A DNA stretch of 63,173 nucleotides, filler included, from Candidatus Woesearchaeota archaeon (lineage in GTDB: Archaea > Nanobdellota > Nanobdellia > Pacearchaeales > UBA284), in NCBI GenBank assembly GCA_964354405.1. It is 27 parts of 27 records of this genome, joined end to end, with 100 filler letters (N's around TTAATTAATTAA, not from the genome) between each part and the next. Parts side by side here need not be neighbours in the genome. Positions count along the whole stretch, not along the records: positions 50,317 to 51,715 come from CAYGZP010000032.1; positions 51,816 to 53,213 come from CAYGZP010000033.1; positions 53,314 to 54,687 come from CAYGZP010000034.1; positions 54,788 to 56,129 come from CAYGZP010000035.1; positions 56,230 to 57,567 come from CAYGZP010000036.1; positions 57,668 to 58,996 come from CAYGZP010000037.1; positions 59,097 to 60,409 come from CAYGZP010000038.1; positions 60,510 to 61,806 come from CAYGZP010000039.1; 19 more parts are not named here. One strand, given 5' to 3'. Made by a program: the position numbers and the translations under genes. Under the pieces are notes generated by a model. That model made no database searches, was not told where the DNA came from, and saw only the letters and a program-made list of their open reading frames with translations. Shown piece after piece: positions 50,404-60,927 of this stretch; the first letter of the stretch is position 1; each line of letters begins with the position of its first letter.

Positions 50404-50787
50404 ATGACTCCTGAAGAAGCTGAAGAAGTACAAAGAGAAATTGCAAGAGTACCACACTATAAAGAACAATTTATGTTTAAGGGTATAGAAATTGGACGTC
50501 CTTTTGATTTACGTATAGCTGTACAACTATTTGGTACAGACGTAATACCTGAATGTCAAGGTATATATCATTTATTCTATAAAGGTAGAATAGTTTATGT
50601 AGGTATGAGTAAGAAATTAAGAGGTAGACTATTATATCACTTAAAAGATGTTAAAAAGGTATTTGACGCTGTATTATGGTATAAGCTTGAAAATTATTCT
50701 ATTGAACAGATATTAAATTATGAAAGGAAGATGATTCAATATTACCTTCCTCCATTAAATACAGAATGTATATCTGGAGGATATTAA
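50404..50787 (+). CDS. GIY-YIG nuclease domain protein
   Basis: GIYHLF...IVYVGMS..LRGRL..H ... YE..MI....P.LN. Confidence 0.8.
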   Translation: MTPEEAEEVQREIARVPHYKEQFMFKGIEIGRPFDLRIAVQLFGTDVIPECQGIYHLFYKGRIVYVGMSKKLRGRLLYHLKDVKKVFDAVLWYKLENYSIEQILNYERKMIQYYLPPLNTECISGGY

Positions 50788-50808
50788 TGTAATTAAAAAA
50801 TTAACAAA

Positions 50809-51632
50809 ATGAAAACAGAATTAGAAAAAGTTGCTGAACAATTTGAATACACTGATGGTATATATGGATTTAAACAAGGTGTTAAATGGCAACAAGAAAG
50901 AATGTTTGAATTAGTTGAAGAGTACAATCAAATGATTATAGACTCTAATGTACACGAAGACCACAAAGAAAAGTCATTTAAAGAATGGTTTGAACAATTT
51001 AAAAAGAAATAGAAATTATGATTATAACAACTAAAAACTTGAAAAATGAACATTAAATTACAGCACCAAAAAATGCAAACCCAAATTGCCTTAAATTATT
51101 TAAGTTTAGTGGAGCTTTGCGAAGAAAACATAAGTAAGGGAATTGATGTAGTTAATTCTGTTGCAAGGAAAAATGAATATGCAGATAAATATGTGGAAAT
51201 GATGTCAAATAATGTTATTGTCTCTTGTAACAGTGAAAGATTAGAAGAATTAACACATATTTTAACATTAAAATTATTAAACTTAAAAACACTTAAATTC
51301 AAAAAAAATAAAAAAAAAGTAGTATGAAAAAGATTTTCTATTATTCTATGCTTGTTACAACAATCATAGGATTTCTTGGATTTATTTATGGAATATTTGG
51401 TAATGGCAGTTCTGATACAGCTAGTACATTAGGGTTGATGTTCATCTCCTTAGCAGCTGGAAGTATGGCTCTTATGACAGAACCAAAGGCTACTGTTAAA
51501 CAGGAAACCTATGGTCTTAGTATGCTTTTACTTATTAGTATAGCAGTCATAGTAATACTGTTTGCATCATCTTGTACAACCACAGGATATGGATGTAAAG
51601 GTAATAGCAAAATTATGACAAGAGTTAGATGA
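50809..51632 (+). CDS. Three small hypothetical phage ORFs (50809-51012, 51046-51327, 51324-51632; the last is a membrane protein with ASSC lipobox-like end)
   Basis: Short co-oriented AT-rich ORFs typical of Bacteroidota phage early regions. Confidence 0.5.
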
Positions 51633-51874
51633 AATTATCAAAACCTTTTAACAAACTAATTATGTGGTGCGAAGCAGAATTAAAATTTAAAAACTATAAA
51701 CCTTTGTTTATAGAANNNNNNNNNNNNNNNNNNNNNNNNNNNNNNNNNNNNNNNNNNNNTTAATTAATTAANNNNNNNNNNNNNNNNNNNNNNNNNNNNN
51801 NNNNNNNNNNNNNNNATGTTGAGGTTGTGCCGGATCGACTCGGGAGGCGGAATACGAACCTGGAGGGTAAGATC

Positions 51875-53213
51875 ATGTTCCGCAAATCTCTTTCGTATTC
51901 GGGGGGGGGAATGCGTTAACCGCGTTCCTCGTCATGTCTCTCACTCTCATTATCGCGGTCGGTTGTAACGGGCAGAGAAGTCCGGTGGATTCGGATGCAA
52001 CGGGCGGATTTGGCAGGTCGGCACAGACTTTCTCCAACGGCACTGAATGGGGCGAAGGTTACAGCATGGATTCGGCGTCGACCATGTGGGCGTATTGCGT
52101 CCCGGAGGGTGGTTATCCGGGCAATCTCGCTGTCTGGGACGAAGGGCTTGAAGTATCCCCGCTGATCACGGCGGTCGTACGTCACGACAACTACGAGGCG
52201 CCGTCATACATTCATCTGTTGATGGTTGATCTCACAGGCGAGCCGGTCCTTGAGGACATGGAGTTCGCCGCGCCGTCCGAGATCACCGGCTACGGTCAAG
52301 CTTTTGCCCGGCACCCTGCGGTGGAAGTGACATACTGGCGTGAGGAGGAAGCGGAGACAGGCTTCCTCGAGGTCCAGATCGTGTGGTCGCAACTGTCGTG
52401 TGTCGACGAAATCGAAGAGTGGGATTTATACTATAAGTACATCTGCTACGACGTCGATGATGGAGGCGTGGACTGGGAAAACCCGTCCGAGTCTGAGATA
52501 ACCAAAATCGAGTCCGCGTCGAGCAGCGAATACGACGAGTTGCAGGTCGATCTCTGCGTTGACGCACCGACGGGCGACCTCTACGCGGTCTATCTGCGCG
52601 AGACGGGCGAGGGAGAGGACGCCATCTACATGGTCAGTCACCCGTATTCGGGATTCTATTATCCCATGTGGCAAGACGAGGATGTGGTGTCGAGCTCGAC
52701 CGACACTCCAAAGCTGGGTCCGAGGGTCGACGCGGGGCTCATCAGTCTCTCGGAGCCGCCGGATCCTCCGATCCCAAGTGTGATGACTGTCTGGAGCGAG
52801 AACGATCCGCAGGACGATTGGCAGATCTTCACGAATCGGTTCGACATCGGTGACTATCCAAACCCCGGAGCGACGCAACAGTTGACTGATCACGGAGAAG
52901 GCTCGGTGAGCTTCCTGCCGCAAATCGACATCACGCCGGAAGCGTCAGGATATCATCAGGCCGTCATGACATGGATGAACTGCGTGGAGGTTCAGGGAGA
53001 ATACGGGTACCCGGAGGTGCGTGTCGGCACGACTCCTTTCAATAACGGGTACTTCCTGCCTATCACGGACGGCGGGTATTGTATCGGCCCGGACGTTGCG
53101 TGCTACCAGGTTGACCTTGGTGCGCAATTGCCGACCGAGTACTGGTTCGGGATCAGTTACTATTGTTCGGAGTCCCCACAGAACCCGTGGGAAATCCACA
53201 CGCGGAGCTACAG
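51875..53213 (+). CDS. Acidic lipoprotein; signal peptide frameshifted at G9 (main frame from 51934)
   Basis: GGAGG plus ATG at 51875; lipobox AVGC; beta-rich repeats. Confidence 0.6.
51901..51909 (+). repeat. G9 homopolymer inside the signal-peptide coding region
   Basis: Read directly from the sequence. Confidence 0.9.
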
Positions 53214-53363
53214 NNNNNNNNNNNNNNNNNNNNNNNNNNNNNNNNNNNNNNNNNNNNTTAATTAATTAANNNNNNNNNNNNNNNNNNNNNNNNNNNNNNN
53301 NNNNNNNNNNNNNAGGAAGCGGCGGTCCACCCCCTCAGATTACCCCCTCAACAGGGGAGTCAA

Positions 53364-53747
53364 TCAATAGGTAATCTCTTCAAAGGACTCGGCAGTCAGA
53401 GAGACCGTAACGAACCCCTTACTAGATCCACGGTCGTCTACTTTTGTCACCACTCCGGAGAAGCTGAGCGAAGCCGCGCCAGCCGGATAGGCCGAGGCGG
53501 TCTTGACCGTGAAAGAAAGAGTGGTGCCGAGAACAGGAATGTTGGTCGCCTTTGCCACGCCCTCGACGGTAATCTCAGAGCGGCGGTCGTCATAGCGAGC
53601 CGTGATGGTGCGGCCAGTCTCGTCGACCACCATGCCGGTGTTGTTGAAGCCAGAGGAGATTGTGTAGGACTGTACGAAAAGCGAGGCCTGCTGGCCCGAG
53701 CCAATTCCATAGAGGCAAACAGTTCCGGTATTTACAGCGGCGCACAT
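53364..53747 (-). CDS. Putative phage tail tube protein
   Basis: Beta-rich 127 aa; follows the terminator-like gene in canonical tail order. Confidence 0.5.
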   Translation of the reverse strand: MCAAVNTGTVCLYGIGSGQQASLFVQSYTISSGFNNTGMVVDETGRTITARYDDRRSEITVEGVAKATNIPVLGTTLSFTVKTASAYPAGAASLSFSGVVTKVDDRGSSKGFVTVSLTAESFEEITY

Positions 53748-53773
53748 CTTAAACCTGCTCTAATTGGCAACCC

Positions 53774-54208
53774 TTACGCGGGAGGCAGAACGGTGAGGAC
53801 GTCATAGGCAAAAGAGGTCGCCCAGGAGCGCTCGTCGATGCCTTCGTCTTCGGACCTAGGGCTGACGTCATAGCAGGTTGCGTCGCCGGTGGCCGCAAAG
53901 GCCGCCTGAATGGAGGCCACGTCGTTCATATTGCCGGACAGGGCAGCGCAACGGGCGCGGTGATCGGCGAGGGTCGTGTCGTCGGCGTTCGAGAACAGGG
54001 TGATGCGGACCGAGCAGCTGAAGTTGCCGAGGCCTTCGGGCAAATCGGCAGGAGGGGAAGCCGAGTCGCAGAGGACCACGGCCTTGGGCAGGGTCTGCGT
54101 CACGTTGCTGTCCCCGGTCAGGAACTGCACGGTGGTCAGCCCGGTCTGCGTTGAAAGGTAAGTCGCAAGAGTAGCCTCGACGACGTGGCGAATAGAACGT
54201 GTGCCCAT
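53774..54208 (-). CDS. Putative tail terminator/completion protein
   Basis: IR..VE..L...L, LP..VV.C, V.ITL pattern; gene position. Confidence 0.5.
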   Translation of the reverse strand: MGTRSIRHVVEATLATYLSTQTGLTTVQFLTGDSNVTQTLPKAVVLCDSASPPADLPEGLGNFSCSVRITLFSNADDTTLADHRARCAALSGNMNDVASIQAAFAATGDATCYDVSPRSEDEGIDERSWATSFAYDVLTVLPPA

Positions 54209-54211
54209 GGG

Positions 54212-54687
54212 TTATTTGTTGTTAAATTTGTTGACCGGCTGGCGCATGCGGTAGCGGACCTGGGCGGGCATCTGCTTGACGCGGTTGCCGTAGACCAGGG
54301 ACAGGACGCCCGCTTCGTCGGAGATGCCGTTAATGTTGCCGATAGGGTTGGTCACGGAGACTTCAGCGATCTTATCGGTGAAGGCGCTCTGATTGTAGCC
54401 GGCTACTCCAGAATGCAAGGTCACCCATGTCGCCTTTCTCAGCTCGGCACCGGGCTCGCCCTGTTGGCCGTTGTTATCCTTTGGCCGCGGGAGACTAGCC
54501 ATTGCCTTGGCCCAGCCCGACTTGACCATGCCGACCATCTTCTGGCGCTTGAGGATGTAGTCGTTCAGCTCGTTCTTATCTTCGACCAGGAGCTTGGCCG
54601 AGACGGCCTTCTGTCCCCGCTTGATGCGACCGCCGAAGCGGGACTTAACCTGGTCGTGAATGGTGCGGAGGTTCGTGACGTACCCCT
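54212..54687 (-). CDS. Putative neck/tail completion (HK97 gp10-like) protein, partial
   Basis: VG.VKSGW motif; basic; gene position. Confidence 0.45.
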
Positions 54688-54787
54688 NNNNNNNNNNNNN
54701 NNNNNNNNNNNNNNNNNNNNNNNNNNNNNNNTTAATTAATTAANNNNNNNNNNNNNNNNNNNNNNNNNNNNNNNNNNNNNNNNNNNN

Positions 54788-56129
54788 GGTACGAACCGGG
54801 CACATCGGTAACAGAATAGACCGGGGACATCGGTAACAGGTAGCATACGGCACGAGCGAAGGAGGTTTTGCTGTGCCGTGGAACGAGACCTGTGCGATGG
54901 ATGAACGAATGAAGTTCATGGGGCTGTACTTGCAGGGCGACTGGAGCATGGCGGAGTTGTGCTGCCAGTTTGGCATCGAGCGGAAGACGGGGTATAAGTG
55001 GGTGCACCGTTATGCCCAGGAAGGGTTTGCGGGGTTAGCGGAACGTTCGCGCGCACCGCGCCATCATCCCAACGCGGTCCGGCCGGAGGTCGAGGCGGCA
55101 CTGGTGGCGTTACGCGGGCGGCGTCCGCGTTGGGGCCCGAAGAAGCTGCGGGTCAAGTTAGAACGTGAGGAACCGACCGTGGCCTGGCCGTCGTGCAGCA
55201 CGATCGGCGAGATCCTCCGGCGGCACGGGTTGGTGGTTCCCCGGCGGCGAAAGCGGCGGACACCACCGTATACCGAACCGTTTGTGACGAGTGTCCAGCC
55301 GAACGATGTTTGGTCTGCGGACTTCAAGGGGTGGTTCCGTACAGGGGATGGGTCGCGCTGCGATCCGTTTACGCTCTCCGACCGCGCCAGTCGTTTTCTG
55401 TTGCGCTGCCAAGCGGTGCTCCACCCGGATGAGGCGAGCGTTAAGCCGGTCTTCGACGCGGCGTTTCGGGAGTTTGGTTTACCCCGAGCGATTCGAACCG
55501 ACAACGGACCGCCGTTTGCCACCACGACCGTCGGCGGTTTATCCCGGCTGGCCATCTGGTGGATCAAACTCGGCATTGTCCCCGAACGGATTGAACCCGC
55601 CAAGCCCGCCCAGAACGGTCGCCATGAACGGTTTCATCGCACGCTGAAAGAGGAAACCGCCTCCCCGCCCGCTCGGACGCTGCGTCTCCAACAACGGGAC
55701 TTCGATCAGTTTCGGGACTACTACAACTCCGAGCGCCCACATGAGGCCCTGGGCCAGCAGACCCCGGCATCGGTCTATTCTCCTTCGGCGCGACCATACC
55801 CTCGACCGCTGCGGGAGATCACCTATCCCGGAGGATATGTGATCCGCCGGGTCCATCCGCAGGGCGACCTGCGCTGGCGAAGCCGTCAGCTCTATCTGAG
55901 CGAAACCCTGGTCGGAGAAGACGTCGGCCTTGACCAAGTCACTGACCGGTTGTGGAACATTTACTGGGGCCCGATGTGGCTGGCCGTCTTCGACGACCAG
56001 ACCGGCCACCTCCACCACCCCAAAAATAAAAAAAAGATAGCTGAGAAGGAAAAAGAAAAAACCGCTACCGACCAAAAAGTGTTACCGATGTGCCCGGTCT
56101 AAAGTGTTACCTATGTACCCGGTCGTACA
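54788..56129 (+). mobile_element. IS481-family insertion sequence, essentially complete
   Basis: Terminal IRs (G)GTACGAACCGGGCACATCGGTAACA / TGTTACCTATGTACCCGGTCGTACA; each end carries two copies of a 19-bp motif. Confidence 0.92.
54873..56102 (+). CDS. IS481-family DDE transposase
   Basis: HTH FGIERKTGYKW; WSADFKG, IRTDNGPPF, QNGRHERFHRTLKEE, YN.ERPHEAL. Confidence 0.95.
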   Translation: MPWNETCAMDERMKFMGLYLQGDWSMAELCCQFGIERKTGYKWVHRYAQEGFAGLAERSRAPRHHPNAVRPEVEAALVALRGRRPRWGPKKLRVKLEREEPTVAWPSCSTIGEILRRHGLVVPRRRKRRTPPYTEPFVTSVQPNDVWSADFKGWFRTGDGSRCDPFTLSDRASRFLLRCQAVLHPDEASVKPVFDAAFREFGLPRAIRTDNGPPFATTTVGGLSRLAIWWIKLGIVPERIEPAKPAQNGRHERFHRTLKEETASPPARTLRLQQRDFDQFRDYYNSERPHEALGQQTPASVYSPSARPYPRPLREITYPGGYVIRRVHPQGDLRWRSRQLYLSETLVGEDVGLDQVTDRLWNIYWGPMWLAVFDDQTGHLHHPKNKKKIAEKEKEKTATDQKVLPMCPV

Positions 56130-56229
56130 NNNNNNNNNNNNNNNNNNNNNNNNNNNNNNNNNNNNNNNNNNNNTTAATTAATTAANNNNNNNNNNNNNNN
56201 NNNNNNNNNNNNNNNNNNNNNNNNNNNNN

Positions 56230-57082
56230 CCTTGGCGCAGGCCATGAATCCGAGATAAGGGCCGCCGTAGGAGAGCGGCATCCCGAAGGACTGGGCTTCG
56301 CCGGTCACGATGTCGGCGCCGAGCTTGCCGGGAGCTTCCAGGATTCCGAGCGAGGCCGCTTCGGCCACGATCGCCACGGACAGGGCCTGTCGGCGGCGGG
56401 CCAGCTCGGAGAGCGCCTTGACGTCCTCGATGACGCCGAAGAAGTTCGGGGTCTGGAAGACGACGGCGGCCGTCGCTCCATCGAGCTTCTTTTCGATGTC
56501 GCCCAGGTCCGCCCGGCCGTCCGGGCCGTAGGCGAACTCGACGGCCTCGACGCCCAGGTTCTGGATATAGGTCCGGATGACGTGCCGGTACTGGGGATGG
56601 ATGGAGCATCCGATCAGGACCTTGGCCTTGGACTTGAGGCGGTGGGCCATCAGGACCGCTTCGGCCGCGGCGGTCGCCCCGTCGTAGAGGGAGGCGTTGG
56701 CGATGTCGAGGCCGGTCAGTTGACAAATGAGAGTCTGGAACTCGAAAACTATCTGAAGCGTCCCCTGGCTGACCTCGGGCTGGTACGGCGTATAGGGCGT
56801 GACGAACTCGCCCCGCGAACTCAGGGAATCCACGACGCTGGGGATGAAGTGATCGTAGGCCCCGGCGCCCAAGAAGGACAGATGGGCGTTATAGGCGTTC
56901 CGGCTCCCCGTCTTCTCGAAGTAAGAAAGGAGCTCGGTCTCGGCCAGGGGGCCGGGGACCGCGAGCGGTTCGCGGAGCCGCATGGGTTCGGGGATGGATT
57001 GAAACAGGCCGTCGAGGTCGGAGACGCCGACCTTCGCCAGCATCTCCTTTTTATCTTTGTCGCTGAGAGCGATGTAGCTCAT
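56230..57082 (-). CDS. gcvPA: Glycine dehydrogenase (decarboxylating) subunit 1, 3'-truncated
   Basis: FLGAGAYDHFIP, YTPYQPEVSQGTLQ, ANASLYDGATA, GGPYLG. Confidence 0.95.
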
Positions 57083-57116
57083 GGCGGATCAGTCCCTCCG
57101 TCGCTGCGGGCCCGGA

Positions 57117-57500
57117 TCAGTGCTCGAGGCCGGCCAAATACTTTTCGTATTCGGCGACGCTCATCAGACCGCCCAGGTCGGACTTGTTGGCCAATTTGAT
57201 ACGAATGATCCAGCCTTTGCCGTGGGGATCCTGGTTGACGAGCTCGGGCGCGGACTCGAGGTCCTTGTTGACGGCGACGACCTCGCCGGCCACCGGGCAG
57301 TAAACGTCGGAGACGGCCTTGACCGATTCGATTGTCCCGATCTTCTGGTGGACGGCCAGCCGCGTCCCGACGGCCGGGAGCTCGATGAAGACGAGGTCGC
57401 CGAGCTGCTTCTGGGCGAAGTCGGTGATGCCGACCAGCCCCTGGTCGCCCTCGACTTTGACCCACTCATGATCTTTCGTATAGTAGTAATCCGGAAACAT
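57117..57500 (-). CDS. gcvH: Glycine cleavage system H protein
   Basis: YTKDHEW, GITDFAQ..LGDLVF, IESVKA (lipoyl Lys), PELVN.DP...GW. Confidence 0.97.
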   Translation of the reverse strand: MFPDYYYTKDHEWVKVEGDQGLVGITDFAQKQLGDLVFIELPAVGTRLAVHQKIGTIESVKAVSDVYCPVAGEVVAVNKDLESAPELVNQDPHGKGWIIRIKLANKSDLGGLMSVAEYEKYLAGLEH

Positions 57501-57721
57501 GCGGTACCTCCCTAGGTCTTTATCTCAATTGCGCGGGATATCCGCTCAATCTTTATCAGGCCTCTTGNNNNNNNNNNNNNNNNNNNNNNNNNNNNNNNNN
57601 NNNNNNNNNNNTTAATTAATTAANNNNNNNNNNNNNNNNNNNNNNNNNNNNNNNNNNNNNNNNNNNNATGCTGCTCAACGCCAGCCTCAGCATCGGGCTA
57701 TCCTTTCATTGATCCATTTTT

Positions 57722-57889
57722 GGGGTCAATTTTTGGGGTCAAACCTACTCGTTATGCAAATCAGCCAGTTCTGAAGACAGAGGCCAAAACCTGAAGAACT
57801 CCGAGCGTTTCAATAAATTTTACGCGATGAGTAGGTTTGACCCCGCTTTATTCTCCAGGGAGAAGTGCGTAAAAAGTAGCTTTGACCCC
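57722..57889. repeat. REP/MITE-like cluster of GGGGTCAAA inverted repeats
   Basis: GGGGTCAAACCTACTC (57735-57750) is the perfect reverse complement of 57829-57844; extra copies at 57722 and 57875-57889. Confidence 0.75.
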
Positions 57890-57913
57890 GTTTTTTTTAC
57901 AACGCCGAGCGGG

Positions 57914-58186
57914 CTATGGCTTTGACAGCCTCGCCTTTCGGAGGCTCTGCTGCTTGCGGATCAGGGCGAATACGGCGATGCAGATCCAGACGGCGTTAAC
58001 GCCTACGGAGGGCAGCGCGCCGAAATAGAAAGAGTTGACGATGAGCAGGGCGCTTCCGCCAAGGTTCAGGGCTTGATAGGGGATGGAATCCCCTTCCAGT
58101 TTTCGCGTGGAAACGAGAAGGTAGGCTGCGAGGAGCGCCACTACGCCCGACCAACCGAAGATGTTGATCAAAATTGTCTTGCTCAT
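57914..58186 (-). CDS. Small membrane protein (CBU_0592-like)
   Basis: GW.G...LL.AY.L, YQALNL.GS, NAVW..IA. Confidence 0.7.
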   Translation of the reverse strand: MSKTILINIFGWSGVVALLAAYLLVSTRKLEGDSIPYQALNLGGSALLIVNSFYFGALPSVGVNAVWICIAVFALIRKQQSLRKARLSKP

Positions 58187-58996
58187 AAGGATTTAATCCT
58201 CAGCTCTTTGAGCCGGCTGTCTTCGACGAGGCCGTCCTTGGTCCACCCTTGATGCTCGTAATAGGCGTCGAGGATGGCTCGATAATATTCGGGATCAACG
58301 GCCTTGCCTTTGTGCGCCCCCTGGGTCAGCGGCGCGGTCAGCTTCGGCGGCACATAAGCATCGTAGACGCGGCTCCGACCCTGAAGATTGTTGACGTGGC
58401 GTTCGAGGTTATAGATTCTCTTGCCGCAGCCTTTCATCGCCTCGGTCGTGTACTCCAATCCCGTCAGGGCGTGATAGAGTGAAAGAAACAAATCCGAGGT
58501 AATGTCTTCCGTGAAGAAATCGCACAAGCCCAAGGAATCAGCGAGCGCTTTTCCTTCTTGCCCCCCGGCGACATAGGCCGCCAGGTTGCCGGCGCCCTGC
58601 AGCCCTCCTTCCTCCGCCTGGATCGTCCAGGCATAGGTATGGTCGCCTCGTCCCCTGTTCGATGTCCCGTAGGCCGTAAACATGCCCGGGAAAACTTTCG
58701 GCTCGATGCCGGCATAGCCCAGCCCGCCAAACGCCGTCGTGACGCAGCGGGCGATTTCGTGAAGGTCGATGGGTGGAAAACCGGCGCCCACCTCGGCGAT
58801 GACCCGGTCCGAATAGTTGCCGAGCAGCTTTCCCAGCGGGTCGGACTGATAGGCAATGGCCTTGAGCGTCCGGATCATATCAGGCGCGCTCCCAAAAGCC
58901 GGCGCGCCCTTGTATTTTTTGAGATATCCTTTGGCGGTGAGCTCCATCGCGCCGGCCATGACGCTGCCCAGGGTCATAGTGTCGATGCCGAGCTCG
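58183..58996 (-). CDS. Aldehyde:ferredoxin oxidoreductase family, C-terminal part
   Basis: ELGIDTMTLG, AYGTSNRG..H, DSLGLCDF, G.RIYNLER..N, YY...GW..DG. Confidence 0.88.
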
Positions 58997-59096
58997 NNNN
59001 NNNNNNNNNNNNNNNNNNNNNNNNNNNNNNNNNNNNNNNNTTAATTAATTAANNNNNNNNNNNNNNNNNNNNNNNNNNNNNNNNNNNNNNNNNNNN

Positions 59097-60079
59097 CTAA
59101 CACTTGCGGTCAAAGCTATTTATTCAACGGCAACCTACTTGAAGGACCATTAGGAGTTGAAGGATGGGATTTGGGCGGCGATGTGTTTCCAGTGCTTACT
59201 CAAGGGAGCGCAGTATTTGATATAAATATTATGGATGGCACTTCAATAATGACATCTAAAGAGCCATCAGTTCAATTATGCGAAGGATTGACATATAACA
59301 TAAGCGTTTTTATTGAAAGCAGGTCTGATGTAATTATCTATGCGGTAATAGGTAGCAATCAAGTTGAGATAAGCGGAACTGGAAGTCAGACTGTTTCTAT
59401 TGTTGCAGGAGACAATAAGTATTTAGAAATAGTGGTTGAGCAAAGCGGTGTAGGATTTGGCTACGCAGAACTAAGGCGAGCGATAAGAGTTAGCATAGCA
59501 GAGGAAGATATTATTTGGAATGCTTACACCGAAGTGCTAAGCATCGGCGATTACAACGACACTTGCAAGTATTACAAGATTGAAGGCTGCAACGCTGAGG
59601 ATCAGTTTAACCTTGCATTCGGCAGCAGTTCATTTCTTCCTGCGATAAGATTAGAAGGGCGCAAGTTCAGAGCGCAATACCAAACAGAGGTAAACAACTT
59701 CCGATTCGCCTCAGGGAATTGGAGCAGCACCTACGTTGACCGAGAGAAGAAGTGGACATTTAACTTCGGCAGATTGCCTGAGTATGTGCTCGACTTCCTT
59801 AGCACTATCTTCTACTACGATAATTGCTACATCAACGGCGATTTATACTATCCAATAGATGGCGAGTTCCCCGATGTTGAGTACAACGATGCGGATGATT
59901 TAGGCGCGATTAACATATCACTTGCGTTGAAAAAATCTAAGGTGCGCAAGATTCTTTGCAGCAATGTAGATGCTAACTGCTTGCCATCGATACTCGATAA
60001 TGATGAGCCGTTTATATTAACGGAAGATTTGCAAAGAATAACAACTGAAAATTCTGTCAACTTGTATTACGAAAATTAA
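59097..60079 (+). CDS. Phage structural protein (C-terminal part)
   Basis: Beta-rich; LPEYVLDFL...YDN.YING; C-terminal ILTED...ITTE motif. Confidence 0.55.
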
Positions 60080-60165
60080 TATCTTTGCAATACCATAGAG
60101 AATAAAGTAGGTGTTATTGCAGCGACCTATTCAACAGCGCAACAATTTTCTAATACTTTAAAAAA

Positions 60166-60409
60166 ATGGGATGCGTCTCTTATTGTGATAGCTCATTGCT
60201 GGAGCACGATTTAGTGCTTTGCAACGAGTACAAACTCGGCGGAGTTTCCGCCATAATAATCGGCTCTTGCGGAACTGAGCTTGCCGACCCTTCCGATGCT
60301 GAGGAAGTGAATACCTACTTAAATTCAGGTTTAGCAAGAATGATAAGCGATATTCGCTTTGCGCTTCCTGCTGGCTCACCTATCACAGTTGATTCACCAA
60401 TCGGCTGCG
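60166..60409 (+). CDS. Putative major tail/tube protein N-terminus
   Basis: Cys-rich start, KLGGVSAII; follows the structural gene. Confidence 0.4.
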
Positions 60410-60509
60410 NNNNNNNNNNNNNNNNNNNNNNNNNNNNNNNNNNNNNNNNNNNNTTAATTAATTAANNNNNNNNNNNNNNNNNNNNNNNNNNNNNNNNNNN
60501 NNNNNNNNN

Positions 60510-60926
60510 TACAAAATCCTTAACAAGAGCAAGTGTTTTAGGAGATGCTGTTGAACTTTCTGTTCCTTCCTTTTGAAAGAACTCACCACGTTGTTCCTCT
60601 GTATATCCACCTCTACGCATTTCTGCAAGTTGTTCCTTAGATAGAGGAAGAGTGATTTGTTTTGGTTCCTCAAGAGCAATCTGATTAAACTTATCAAGAT
60701 ATTTTTGTGCGAGAGCATTAGAAGGATCAATTATAAAAGAACCTTTTTCAGATTCTTTTACAACTATTTCTTTATATTCTTTATTAACAGAATCAATAGC
60801 TTTAGAAGCTTTGTTAGGATTTGTAAAATATCCTACATTATCTTCTATTATAGCACCTTGCTTAGATAACTTTTTAGTTACGTCATCTATTATATCTTTT
60901 TTAATATCTACTAAACATTTTGACAT
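60510..60926 (-). CDS. N-terminus of a large phage protein
   Basis: MSKC start directly after the upstream stop; composition like 10869-14282. Confidence 0.5.
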
Positions 60927-60927
60927 A

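Noticed and set aside
54788..58996. Functional linkage of IS481, gcv genes and AOR, or of archaeal genes with neighbouring viral contigs
   Set aside because: They are on separate contigs; adjacency is an artefact of concatenation.
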